Origin: Paraspadella gotoi
Lineage: Eukaryota > Animalia > Chaetognatha
Direction: 5' to 3'
NCBI GenBank assembly: GCA_051294375.1
Contig: JBJCIZ010000622.1
Location: 1-53,511, forward strand
Length of the DNA stretch: 53,511 bases
Both the position numbers and the translations under genes were made by a program. The notes below the pieces were generated by a model that had not been told where the DNA came from, made no database searches, and worked only from the letters and a program-made list of their open reading frames with translations. Numbering within the stretch: position 1 is the stretch's first letter; the number at the start of each line of letters is the position of its first letter. This document shows positions 24,644 through 35,844 of this stretch, piece by piece.

Positions 24644-24870
24644 TATGGTGGACTAAAATCCACCAACCGTTCATCAGCCGGCCATTGGTGCCGGAGGCAA
24701 GTCATTCGCTCTCCCAACCCAAAGGTCCGGGGTTCTAAGCCCGGTGGTCGTCTGGGCAGTTAAGAGGGACGGGGTGCTTAACACGCCTGTAACATGGTGT
24801 TACAGCCTGATCCGAAGCTCAGGGACTGCTTATATTGAACGGGTTCTATCACTAACACATAATAATAATT
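24644..24870 (+). mobile_element. tRNA-derived SINE-like element with twister ribozyme, copy 1
   Basis: 5' hairpin tggtgga/tccacca, A-box-like TGGTGCCGGAGG, B-box-like GGTTCTAAGCC within a T-arm (ccggg/cccgg), twister fold, then a (TAA)n tail. Confidence 0.75.
24756..24829 (+). ncRNA. Twister ribozyme, type P5 permutation
   Basis: P5 GCAGUU/GACUGC; GA-CGG; U^AA at 24779/24780; GCC; P3 UGUAAC/GUUACA; P4 CCUGA/UCAGG; L4 UCCGAAGC; pseudoknots CCG:CGG and GC:GC. P2 is weakened in this copy. Confidence 0.75.
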
Positions 24871-25065
24871 ACTGTCTCTTCATTGTGAGCCCGACTTCCG
24901 AACACAACAGCAACAACAACACTTTCAGGCGACATGCCTCAACCTGCGATGCACTTTCCGCCCACAACACATCAGGCGACATGCCTCAACTTGGTGACGA
25001 ACTTTCCACAACCAACAATTCACTGAAGAGACGCAACAGACTTCTCCCTACGGGAGGGCGGGATG

Positions 25066-25290
25066 TATGGTGGACTAAAATCCACCAACCGTTCATCAGC
25101 GGCCAATTGGTGCCGGAGGCAAGTCATTCACCTCCCAACCCAAAGGTCCGGGGTTCTAGCCCGGTGGTCGTCTGGCAGTTAAGAGGGACGGGGCGCTTAA
25201 CCCGCCTGTAACATGGTGTTAACAGGCCTGATCCGAAGCTCAGGGACTTCTTATATTGAACGGTTCTATCACTAACACAAAATAATAATT
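25066..25290 (+). mobile_element. tRNA-derived SINE-like element with twister ribozyme, copy 2
   Basis: Near-identical direct repeat of 24644-24870. Confidence 0.75.
25175..25250 (+). ncRNA. Twister ribozyme, type P5 permutation
   Basis: Same fold as 24756-24829; U^AA at 25198/25199; P2 CCC with G(A)GG; small insertions in P3. Confidence 0.72.
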
Positions 25291-25497
25291 TATAAAGTTA
25301 AATGAAACTAAATAGAAAAAAATAATAAAGTTTATACAGCTTATTAAAACTTAGCTTATATTCTTATCAGATTTTACATTTACCATTTACCATTACAACT
25401 TTTAATTTATGTGATAATCCTTTCTTTTTTGTTGTAAATGATTTAGAGAAAAAAACAAAGTTTTTATTAGTTTTCAATGAAATTTGTTTTTATTGGT

Positions 25498-25543
25498 AAA
25501 CAGACATGTTTCGGCTTTAGTATTCAAGCCTTCTTCAGTGTTT
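25498..25543 (-). ncRNA. Minimal type I hammerhead ribozyme
   Basis: AAACA-CUGAAGA-A-GGCUU..AAGCC-GAAA-CAUGUC^-UGUUU on the minus strand. Confidence 0.9.
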
Positions 25544-25600
25544 TTAGTTTGTGAATTGGACAAATCATTGTGCACAAGAAGAGTGTGTGTGAGAGAGATA

Positions 25601-25632
<32 letters not shown>

Positions 25633-26595
25633 AAGGGAGAGTTAATGTTTCTAACAAAGTGGTGAGACAGAATAGTGGTCAGAGGTGAGGACAGGGTAAG
25701 TTGAACACAGATTGAGTGAGTTTTTGAAAAAGAAATGAAATTTGTTAGAGAGAAAGAGAGAGAGAGAGAGATAGACTTAACAGGGATAAATAAATAATTA
25801 AAAGATATATTGTGCAATGTACAACAGTGGTAAATGTTTAAAAATGAAAAAGATTGGTGAGAATTTTTAACAATTGTAAAAAGAGTGAATAAATAATTCA
25901 ATATATGTACTAATTAGCTAAAAGAGAAGAGAGAGACAGAGAGAGAGAGATAGAGAGAGAGAGAGAAAGGGAGAGTTAATGTTTCCAACAAAGTGGTGAG
26001 ACAGAATAGTGGTCAGAGGTGAGGACAGGGTAAGTTGAACACAGATTGAGTGAGTTTTTGAAAAAGAAATGAAATTTGTTAGAGAGAAAGAGAGAGAGAG
26101 AGAGAAATAGACTTAACAGGGATAAATAGATAATTAAAAGATACATTGTGCAATGTACAACAGTGGTAAATGTTTAAAACTGAAAAAGATAGTGAGAATT
26201 TTTAACAATTGTAAAAAGAGTGAATAAATAATACAATATATGTACTAATTAGCTAAAAGAGAATTTGGTGAAATATGAAATTGAAATGTGAAAGAAAGTT
26301 TAGTTTATATTTTAATGATATATAAGAGTCTAAGAAATTGAAATTTAAGGAGTAAGAAAGAGCTCAAAAATTCTCACCAATCTTTTTCAGTTTTAAACAT
26401 TTACCACTGTTGTACATTGCACAATGTATCTTTTAATTATTTATTTATCCCTGTTAAGTCTATCTCTCTCTCTCTCTCTCTCTTTCTCTCTGACAAATTT
26501 CCTTTCTTTTTCAAAAACTCACTCAATCTGTGTTCAACTTACCCTGTCCTCACCTCTGACCACTATTGTCTCACCACTTTGTTGGAAACTTTAAC

Positions 26596-26629
<34 letters not shown>

Positions 26630-26668
26630 TCTTCTTGTGCACAATAATTTGTCCAATTCACAAACTAA

Positions 26669-26714
26669 AAACACTGAAGAAGGCTTGAATAATAAAGCCG
26701 AAACATGTCTGTTT
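26669..26714 (+). ncRNA. Minimal type I hammerhead ribozyme
   Basis: Stem I AAACA/UGUUU, CUGAAGA, stem II GGCUU/AAGCC, GAAA, palindromic ACAUGU stem III, GUC cleavage after 26709. Confidence 0.9.
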
Positions 26715-26958
26715 ACCAATAAAAACAAATTTCGTTGAAAACTAATAAAAACTTTGTTTTTTTCTCTAAACTTTTAATTTAAAAAATTCAATTAAGTTTT
26801 TTCACTTTGATTATGAAAAGTAAATTATTGCTGGTATTTAATGCGATTGATGATTTTCCCCCAGATTTATTCCTTTTGTATTAAAAAAGTTGCAGGTAAA
26901 AAGCTGGCTAAATATAAATATTTATATTGTTTATTTTTTCATGCAAATTTGTTGATAA

Positions 26959-27310
26959 TTTAGAAAGAGTTTTAAGTAGTTCAAGCAACGATTTTATTTT
27001 AAACAGTAAACATATTTCAACTTTGAATTCAACTCTTCATCCGCACTTGTGAATTGTCAACAGTTTTTACTTTACAAGAAATGTTTGAGAGAGAGAGGAG
27101 AGAGCGAGAGAGAGAAAGAGTGAGAAAAAAATTTTCCACAAAGATTTGAGAAAAGAACAGAGGTCGAGGTGAGGACAGGTTAGGTTTAGGCCAGAGAGAG
27201 AGAGATGTATATTGAAAAAGAAAACATGTTCACTATTTAAAGTAAAATCGTTGCTTGAACTACTTCAAAATCTTTCTAATTTAAAAACACGACGAAAAAA
27301 AGGATTTTAA
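26959..27310. mobile_element. Small Penelope-derived fold-back element with degenerate hammerhead
   Basis: 26959-27018 and 27221-27279 are inverted. The minus strand of 27006-27048 reads AAGUG-CGGAUGA-...-GAAA-UAUGUU-UACU. pLTR motif gaggtgaggacagg is present, and the tail ends aaaggatt. Confidence 0.65.
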
Positions 27311-27684
27311 ATAATGGTATAAATGATTAAATTTTTATTGCTGGATTAAACGTTTTTTTAAAAGGAAAAGAAAAGAAAACTATAAATCTGATTAACTTTT
27401 TGATGTATTGATATTGTTTCTCTTCTCCTTCACCTAAAAATAGCATATTCCTTCGAAAGATTTATATAAAACTGTAGAAAAAAAGGTTCTAACTTCCGGC
27501 TATAATTTTTAAGCCAAAAAAATGGTATGCCAGTAAAAAAGGTACTAAGAATTAAAACCAGGAATTGTTAAAATTAGTCCTTTGGCTATTAAAAAACGAA
27601 TCTTTTTAAGATATGATTTTTTAAAAAAATTGATGATAATCCTTTGTCATAGAACTGTCATATAACAGTAAAAAACCATTAGCA

Positions 27685-28052
27685 GTCATAATAGATCAAA
27701 AACTTTTAATAATACATATTTAATTGATTATCGAGCACTATCTCCGGTTTGGGACACGCCCAATATGGATGAAAACCCTTTTTTAAACATTTTTTGTCTT
27801 AGTACTCCTTATTAAAAAATTACAATAATTGCAGGATAGGTAAATAGTCTTAAAAAAAATTGCTTAACTTTTCATTTGTGGTAAAAAGAAAAATTCCATG
27901 TTGTAGTCCACGCCAAATTTCGGTAAATTGTGCGTGGGTTTAACGCAAAATCTGATTGACGACACATTGTTAATCGTTTTAAGCACTTAAAATTATACTA
28001 GAAACTGAACAGGATTGTGAAAATTGTCGACTGCATAGTGTAAAACAGTGTA
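27685..28052 (-). mobile_element. Terminal fragment of a DNA transposon (copy of 20150-20520)
   Basis: Shared segments such as atcctgttcagtttcta.tataattttaagtgcttaaaacgattaacaa. Confidence 0.6.
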
Positions 28053-28449
28053 CTGGATATTCCAAAAAGACAAAATACGCTTGTGGAAAATACAATAATT
28101 TAATTGATAATAGAAGTAAAAAAACTCTGTATCAATACAAACTGTGTCGATATGGAGACTGGTGGAAAGAATTAAAAGAAAACTCTGCAGATACAGAAGT
28201 CTTCGAAAAAAGATTCAGTTGCGTCGATGTAGGAGAGGATGAAGGGGCGAGCGAGGCCGGAGTAGCGAGGCAGGGCCGGTCTGCAGTAGAGATGGAATCG
28301 ACGAGGGTGGAGCGCGAAGGTCTTCTTACCGGCTGGTTGTGTTTGTAACTTTGTGAGCAGGATGGATGGACGCGTCGGTTCGGAATGTTTGCCCGCTATG
28401 GGGCGCGAGATTGGCAAGAAGTGCGTGACTTCTAAATTTAACTTTAATT

Positions 28450-31290
28450 AAAATTCTAAAGTGAGGAACGAACAACATAATACTAACGAACATTTATGTA
28501 TAAAAAATTATAATAAATTTTAACAATTTACGCAATAGGCCATATTTATACTAGTACTAATCCAATAAATGTTAAAATTTCAAAACAGTTTTTCTTAGTT
28601 TTTTTTTTTGCAGATTTTGGATTCGTCATAAAAGTTGATAAAAAGAAATATAAGACCTATTAAAAATCTAACTTACTGTTCGTGCATAAAAAAAAGCTTC
28701 ACTGATCATATTATTATATTCTTTTATTTTGAATGTTATAGTTTATTATATATTGTATCCACAAATATCAATGCAAAATCTTTTTTTGTTTTTTAGAATG
28801 ACTGAATATAGGGTGAGGATGATTAAATTTTTTAAAAAGTTACTTATTTCATATTTATTTATTAGAATTGTAATAGAAAAAAAATAAAAAAATCGGTACT
28901 AATGTTTAGTGTGTTAAGTCTCAAATAGATGAAAAAAAACTCATTTAAAAATTCGATCGGGAAGTGGGGTCAACTAAGGTTTACCAATGCATCCTCCACG
29001 CCGAATTGTTCTTTCAAATAATTTTTTTTATTTATACATATTGAAAGGGAAAAAAAGAAAATTTGGAATGCAGGTTGCAGAAAGGGTACAGATAATCTGA
29101 CTTTTGACATGATAACCATGACCTTTTATATCTTGTAAAATGGGGGCAGTAAAGAAATCTAAAAAATTTCATCATAAGTCAGTCAATGAACCCTGCCAAT
29201 GGGCTATTTCGCGAAATTTTTTTTCTTAATTAAACGGATGATAAGTAATAGAATTAAATTCCTTGCTATATTTAAAAAAAAATTATCAATACAATTTAAA
29301 CACAATGATGTTTTGCTTTATCAAATATGTTACCAGCATATATATTTTTTTCAACTTTATTATGATAAACAAGCAGTGTGTCAAGCTTTTAGTTTGGGCA
29401 GTTAAAGATAATGAAAAATGACCATTTTTTTTCCACAGACAAGAAGATAGATGTCCAGACTGTTTATATCAAGCTGAAAACATTTTGTATTTATTATTTT
29501 TAATATTTAAAAATACATTTTATCAAGCTACAACATAAATTTTGCTTGTTTTTTACTTTAACTGAAAAATATAAGCAATTTTATGGAATAAAGAAAATTT
29601 AATAATAAACAAAATGTATTCAGTCTTTCTTTTTCAAATTACAAAAGAAAAAGAAAAATTTCATATGCCTTCATTGAATTTTTAAAGCAAAAAAACTGTT
29701 ATACTTTTAACTCTGATTTAAACAAAAAGCTGTGTAAAGATTTATGGATTTAATTTAATAAAACTCTTTTAGAAAGGGTGTCCCATGATTAGGCTTTAAT
29801 TTGAATACCGAAATCCACCTTTGCTACTCTTTTCTTCAAATAGGTTATTATTGATAAAAATAACTTTTTTTTAAGAATTACGCCAGTACAAATACTTTGT
29901 TAAATAAAAATTTCTGGCAATAGCGGGAGTATCTCACTTATTTCTATTTGTACAATACTTAAATTTCAATAATAAAACACTTGAAGAAATTTTGTTGTCA
30001 TTTAGATAGACATATCACTTTCAGGATTACCCAATCTCTATAATAATTTATTATTTAATTCTGCCCCAAAAAATGCCTAATTAGAAAAGTTGAAAATTTT
30101 CCAAATTGTTGGATAAAAAAATTCTGTCCAACCTATGCTCATTGAGAATAATGGTTTGCATAGAAAATCAAAATATCAAAAAAATAAAAATCATCCCTCT
30201 AGAAAAATCGAAAGGCTAGAGGCTGATTTTTTAGAATTGCAAAATTTTTTTCCTGACTCAAATCCATTATTCTCAAGTTTCAAAATATTTTTTTCCAAAT
30301 CATTCAATCAATTTTTTTTTATTAATTTAAAATGTTTTTATGATGTTGTTTTTGTTTGAAAGAGATTGAAAAAAAAAGAAAAATATCAGTAAATGTGAGG
30401 TATAGTTTTGAAAATACCTTAAAATATTAAAAATTAGACATAGGGGAGTAAGCCAGAGAAAACTTCCCATTCATAAAAGAAATTGAAAATGAATTTGTCA
30501 TATTGTTATTTAGATTAATGACTAATTACAAACAAATGATTCATATAAATTGAGGAAGGAAATGATGGGTAAAAAATATTCATCTTGGTCTCGCGGTAAC
30601 TATTAGGTTAGTCTTAAGTTTTTGTTTTAATAATATTAATATTTTTTGCATTTATAAAAGCAATGGTCTAAGAATTTTGTAAGCGTTTCGAGCTATATTG
30701 CTTCATCTTTTTTACTATTTTGATCTAGTTAACTTTTTTTGTTTGGCATAGTCGGTATATGGTCAGATACCGATAATGTCCAGTAGTGTATATCGCACAA
30801 TTAACAAAAGTAATGATCAATTAATTTGGCTCAGAAACAATTTTAAAAGGGAAAAAATCAGCACCGAGACAGTTTCGCCACGTTAGTTATTTTTCATTGT
30901 GTCAAAACTCTTTTTAAAAAATTTCTTCATTAAGTGGGTCAAAAATTTAAAAAAGCTATATTTTAAGCTGAAAATTCATTTTTTATATATTAAATATAGT
31001 TTTTTTAGTTTTATTTTTTAACCCTCTTAATGAAAGATTTATAATGATTTATTATTATGATTTATTTATTATGATTTAAAATGATTTATATTTTCTTCTA
31101 TCAACTTTAGACGAGGAATTCAAATCTGCAATCAAAACTAAGAAAAGCCTATTTTGAAATTTTTCAATTTTATAAGGATAGTACTATATATAAATATAGC
31201 CTACTGCAAAAATTAAAAAACATCAAATTATTTTTTTTACAAATTAATGTTCACTGATGGTATGTTATTCATAATTGACTTTTAGAATTT
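28450..31290. mobile_element. Element with ~200-bp diverged inverted arms enclosing a 2.2-kb repeat
   Basis: 28450-28660 and 31085-31290 are inverted (e.g. aaagttgataaaaagaaatataa vs ttatattttcttctatcaacttt). Confidence 0.6.
28673..30903 (+). repeat. ~2.2-kb AT-rich dispersed repeat, copy 1
   Basis: Colinear with 40433-42731 and, in part, with 44999-48070. Confidence 0.9.
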
Positions 31291-31905
31291 CGGTACATAA
31301 CTTTCACTACGCTCTATTGAGCAAGGCGCACCCAAAGAACATGGGAGGGCGTCCGGGTAAATAAAAAGGTCGATGGACGATTTAAAGAGTTGGTCTGGGT
31401 TTGCCTAATAACTGTTTGAATTGAATTAATTTTTAGGAGAGTAACTCATTAAGAATTCCAGCTTCAGAGACAGGAGACAGGGTCGACCAAGACCCTAGTT
31501 TCAGACAACCAGCCTTGTTTTTTTCCAATTTTTAGAACATAAGGTCTTCTGAATTTGTCTCGGGAGACTAAGTTTTATTGTGATAGGTCATGCAACTTTG
31601 GTCTTCAGCCTTAGCCTAAGTTCTACTATGGTTTTACAACGGACTCGGCTTTTAAGATCAGGGAAAGAGTTGTGAGTCGCGGGTGCTGGGATTTGGAACT
31701 TGGCTAAGTAAAAAAAAGAAAAAAAAACTTCTTTTACGTGAGATTGTGAAAGCGAGATGGAAACCTGTCGTCCTTTCTCTCCGCCGTCGCCACAAATGCG
31801 GCTCCGACCGCAGCCGAAACGCGAGCGACAAGAATTTAAAAGGGGCGGCCATTTGTTTGTTTGTAAACAAAGCCCAGAGACGAAGATTGCAAGAGAGAGA
31901 GAGAG

Positions 31906-31958
<53 letters not shown>

Positions 31959-32262
31959 CGTTGATTTCATGCCTGACATCGACAGGTTTGACAATGAAGG
32001 AGGGGAAAGAGTCAGTAAATTCTACGAAGTCTTCGACGAAGGAATAAGAATCGTTGCATTGTTATCAAATCTCTGCAACCGTAACTCAGATTTTCAAAAA
32101 ACTTTCAAAATATGATCAGAACCATATTTAATGGAAATTAGATACACAGTCGGTAGGTCAAGTATGCTCAAAAGGATAGTAATAAAAATCGAGTGACTCG
32201 AATATGCAAATGAGATTAATGCGTCATCGTAAGGTTGAATATAAGGCAAAAAAGAGCATAAT

Positions 32263-32517
32263 GTAGTGGTAGTATTTCATATCACACTACTCGTCCGAGA
32301 ATCAGCAGCACCTATGGCGCTGGAGGTAGCACGAACTCCTCCCAACCCAAAGGACTCGGGTTCGCGCCCTGCTGATTCACACAAGTAAAAGCGGGACGGG
32401 GCGTTTAACCCACCTGTAGTGTCGGACTACAACCCGATCCGAAGTTCGGGACCTTGTGTGCAACGGACGGTAAACTGCTCGCGGCATTGTCTACCACAAT
32501 AAATATTTTAATAATAA
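32263..32517 (+). mobile_element. Divergent tRNA-derived SINE-like element with twister ribozyme, copy 3
   Basis: 5' hairpin gtagtg/cactac, A-box-like TGGCGCTGGAGG, shared ctcccaacccaaagg, B-box-like GGTTCGCGCCC, twister fold, AT-rich tail. Confidence 0.72.
32378..32460 (+). ncRNA. Twister ribozyme, type P5 permutation
   Basis: P5 CACACAAG/CUUGUGUG; GA-CGG; U^AA at 32406/32407; ACC; P3 UGUAGU/ACUACA; P4 CCCGA/UCGGG; L4 UCCGAAGU. Confidence 0.78.
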
Positions 32518-32759
32518 CTATTTCTTAAAAAACAATTAATAAATTTGTTTTGATAGTTCTGAATAATAAAAAATATTTAAAAAAGTTAATCTAATAATAA
32601 TAACATATCTATCGAAATTTTACAAATTTGTATTTTTTTTTCATTTTCATTATCAAATTGGTAAAACAACTATTTCTTTTTTATTTTTAAGAAAATATTT
32701 TAAAAAATATATATTTTTTAATAAGCTATCAATTGGTGCAAGAAAATTACATTATTAAA

Positions 32760-33325
32760 ATACAATTGAAACATTCTTTGAATCATTATACCACTTCATT
32801 ATCATCATTATTGATATGAAATAAAATTCTCATTAAGAGGGAAGCCAGGTACTCTGGGAGTGAATAAACGAGACTGTGAGAGAGTCTTGATTGAAAGCTT
32901 GCAGGGACCTACTATGTCATTATCTTGTAGGAGTGATGGAGGCCTCAAACCACCAAAGCCTGTCCAAAGTCAGGGGCAAGATAGTTTATTTATTAAATGA
33001 ATGGATAATTTTATATTGGTTATAACAATTTCATAAAATTCAGCTCCTTGTATTTTAATGCTGAGTAGAGTATAATTTAGTTTTCCCCAATCTATTACTT
33101 AAGGGAGTGGTCTTTTCATACAATTGAAACATTCTTTGAAACATTATACCACTTCATTGATAGGTAAACCAGGTACTCTGGGAGTGAATAAACGAGACAT
33201 GTCATTATCTTGTCAGAGTGATGGAGGCCTTAAACCACCAAAGCCTGTTCAAAGTCAGGGGAAAGAAAGCTTATTTATTAAATTAATGGATAATTTTTAT
33301 ATTGGTTGTACCAATTTCATATTAT
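32760..33325 (+). repeat. Tandem pair of a ~330-360-bp repeat unit
   Basis: Units at 32760-33035 and 33045-33325; other copies at 37232-37553, and inverted partials at 33554-33629 and 41068-41161. Confidence 0.85.
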
Positions 33326-34514
33326 AAACACTTTTAATAGGGAAAAGTCATTGACTCTTTTTGACAAAAACTAATTTCTTCTTTTTCGATTTCTGTACTA
33401 ATCGACTTTGTCGTCCTATAACTTTCGAACACTTTGCTCGACTTGTACCAATCGCTTTATCGTTCAATAAGCTTTATTTTATGTAAAATTGTAAAATTCA
33501 GCCATCCAATACGGTTTTTTCGATGTGAAAAAGTGGTTTTTTTGCGCCGTAGTGTACAAGATAATGACAGAGCAGTTCCTTGCAAGCATTCAATCAAGAC
33601 CCTTTCAAAAACTCGTTTATTCATTCCCACAAAATAATTTTGACATAATTGTATTTGTCAGTACAAAAAGTGTATTTTTTGCAAAATATTTTGACTTATT
33701 TTTTAAGTTATTATCAGTGGTAAAAGATTTAACAAGAATAAAAGTTTTTTCTGGAAACAAAAACGAAATATAGAGAGAGATTATAAGAGAGAAAGAGAGA
33801 GAAAGGCACAGATTGAGCCAAAAGTATAATTTTTAAATATAGGCTTTATAATAGTGTAAAGCAATAAAAGTTGGAATTTGATATAACTGAACCTTACCCA
33901 TGACAAATGAAAGATTTAACTTCGCATTTTTATTAACCTCCAAGTGACCCCAAAATTAAAATTCTTAAATAATTTTATTTTTTTTTACTGTCATATCTTA
34001 TTAGCTCAAATGAAATGATAATGCTCACTCTTTTCCTAGTGATGTATAAAAACTAAATTTAGCACCAACAAAATGAAAAAAGTTTCCTCATCTTCTTGTT
34101 TGCCATCACCTTACATAAAAGTATTTTTTTTATTCTAGAAGGAATAAACATTTTTATCTTTTTGGCAGATAAGCCAAAGGCCGCAGGTTCTTTTTTCTTT
34201 TTTTCAACTTTGTTGCCTTTTTTAAAGCAAACAAACAAAGATAATAACTATGATAAAGACGGAGAGAATCACAAAAACAATCATGAATTCTTTTTACTAT
34301 TATTCTTACTCTGAAATTAATTGAAGAGAGCGCTGGGAAGGAAAGCATCTTATGAATCCTTGCTGTTAAATTATTTTGATATGATTCAAGTAAACAGTAT
34401 CAAAATGGTTGTGAGAAAAAAAAACTGATTGATCTGTATCTCTCTGTCTCAATAGTTTTTTGTCATTGCTTTACTGTCTTACTATTTTTCAAGATTAGGT
34501 TACAAGAAACCTTT

Positions 34515-34524
34515 NNNNNNNNNN
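34515..34524. other. Assembly gap (10 N)
   Basis: Run of n. Confidence 1.
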
Positions 34525-34999
34525 AAGGGCTTGGTCTGCTGTAACAGAATATGTATTAAAGATGCGTTTTTTAAACCATTTTGTGACAGTACCATAATTT
34601 CGAAAACATACAGTAAAAAAAATTGTCACACTTTTTTTCATATTTTTTTCTATTTTGTCAACGATTGGATCTTGTTAATCTTCTCACAGGGTAATGACGG
34701 TCCTTCACATTGTAACTGAACCTTCTGAATACCAAATGGCTGCATAATTGATAATATTGGGTAAAGGAGTTGTCTCTGAGATCAATAAATTGATGCAAAA
34801 GTAGGCTGAAACTCCCTTTTCGCTTTTATCCTGCATTGCGACGTAACCCGATTTTTATTACGAACCTTTTGGATTTTTAGACAAAAAATCGTTTTATCTC
34901 AAATCTCTTATTTTGGTACTAAGTTAATATTCCCAAGGTTTTGTAAAGATATTCCAACCCTTCCCATAGGAAGCTGGCCAGACCATTGAGAGAAAAAAC

Positions 35000-35844
35000 T
35001 GATTTTTCCTGATATCTTTTGAAGGAACAAAGATACAGGGATGGCAATAGTACCAAAATGAAGCCATAATCATTGGGCACATGCAAGTTACAATATTAGA
35101 ATTATTTTTGCTGAAACCTATTTACAGGGTGAGTGTCAAACTAAGTCAAAATTATAATGAATTTTAAAACTAATGAAACCCCATAAAAATAAATGAAAAT
35201 TAAATTCTTTTTAGTGATTCTGAAAGAAAAAAGGCTAAATTGTACTCTAGTAAAACTTTAAAGTTTTTTGGATAAAGAAAATATAATTTTTATTTCACTT
35301 AAATATTTGCTTGACTTATATTACAAGCATGCTTACAAAATTCTACAAAATATTATTCACCCCATCACAGCCTAAGTATTTATCTTTCTTTTCCACCAGC
35401 AAAAAATAAACATTATTTTATGCTAGAGAACAGGGATGTTTACTGAAATGAGCCGGAAGATATTCAACTTCTTCACTTTACTGTCATTTTTCAATAACAA
35501 AATAGGCGAATTTTTTAATTATTTAACTCTCACAGGCTTCACAAGACATTATACTTTTATGATATCCCAATGTTAATGTAATTTATTATATTTTTTTACC
35601 CAGAAAAAAAATTAACTAGCGGAATTAAAGTTTGTAAGAGGAAGTCAGAATCGGCGAAACTCTTAAAAGGCGAAAATGTTGAAAAAAGGGAGAGGAATTT
35701 TGGTTGTTTTTGATCGATTTCTTCTAAACCCATGGGCCAATTTAGACGTAACTTTAGATTTACATTATTCCAGTCATTCTCTATCCAAAAATATAAAAAC
35801 ATTATGAAAAAAGATTTGGGATAGAGTTTAGGAATTTGGTTCTA
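35000..35844 (-). repeat. ~850-bp dispersed repeat (copy of 21893-22775)
   Basis: Direct alignment of the reverse complement. Confidence 0.85.

Larger units (their letters stand above)
25410..26770. mobile_element. Non-autonomous Penelope-derived fold-back element (two inverted pLTRs, one-sided tail, TSD)
   Basis: 25442-25866 and 26370-26770 are near-perfect inverted repeats homologous to the pLTR at 14300-14650. A 32-nt tail occupies 25410-25441. Direct repeat cttttaattta at 25399-25409 and 26771-26781. The left arm has a ~325-bp internal tandem duplication. Confidence 0.85.

Noticed and set aside
24678-24750. Functional tRNA-Gly(CCC) gene
   Set aside because: D and anticodon stems pair poorly, the boxes are degenerate, and it is embedded in a repeated element; treated as a SINE head.
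25023-25050. CTGAAGA in the cassette spacer
   Set aside because: No downstream GAAA or hammerhead stems; it is better explained as the spacer's closing helix.
24744-25211. 155-aa ORF across the twister cassette
   Set aside because: Non-ATG start, no recognisable domain, and indels between the repeat copies break the frame.
28172-28417. GC-rich 81-aa minus-strand ORF
   Set aside because: No motif or convincing splice signals.
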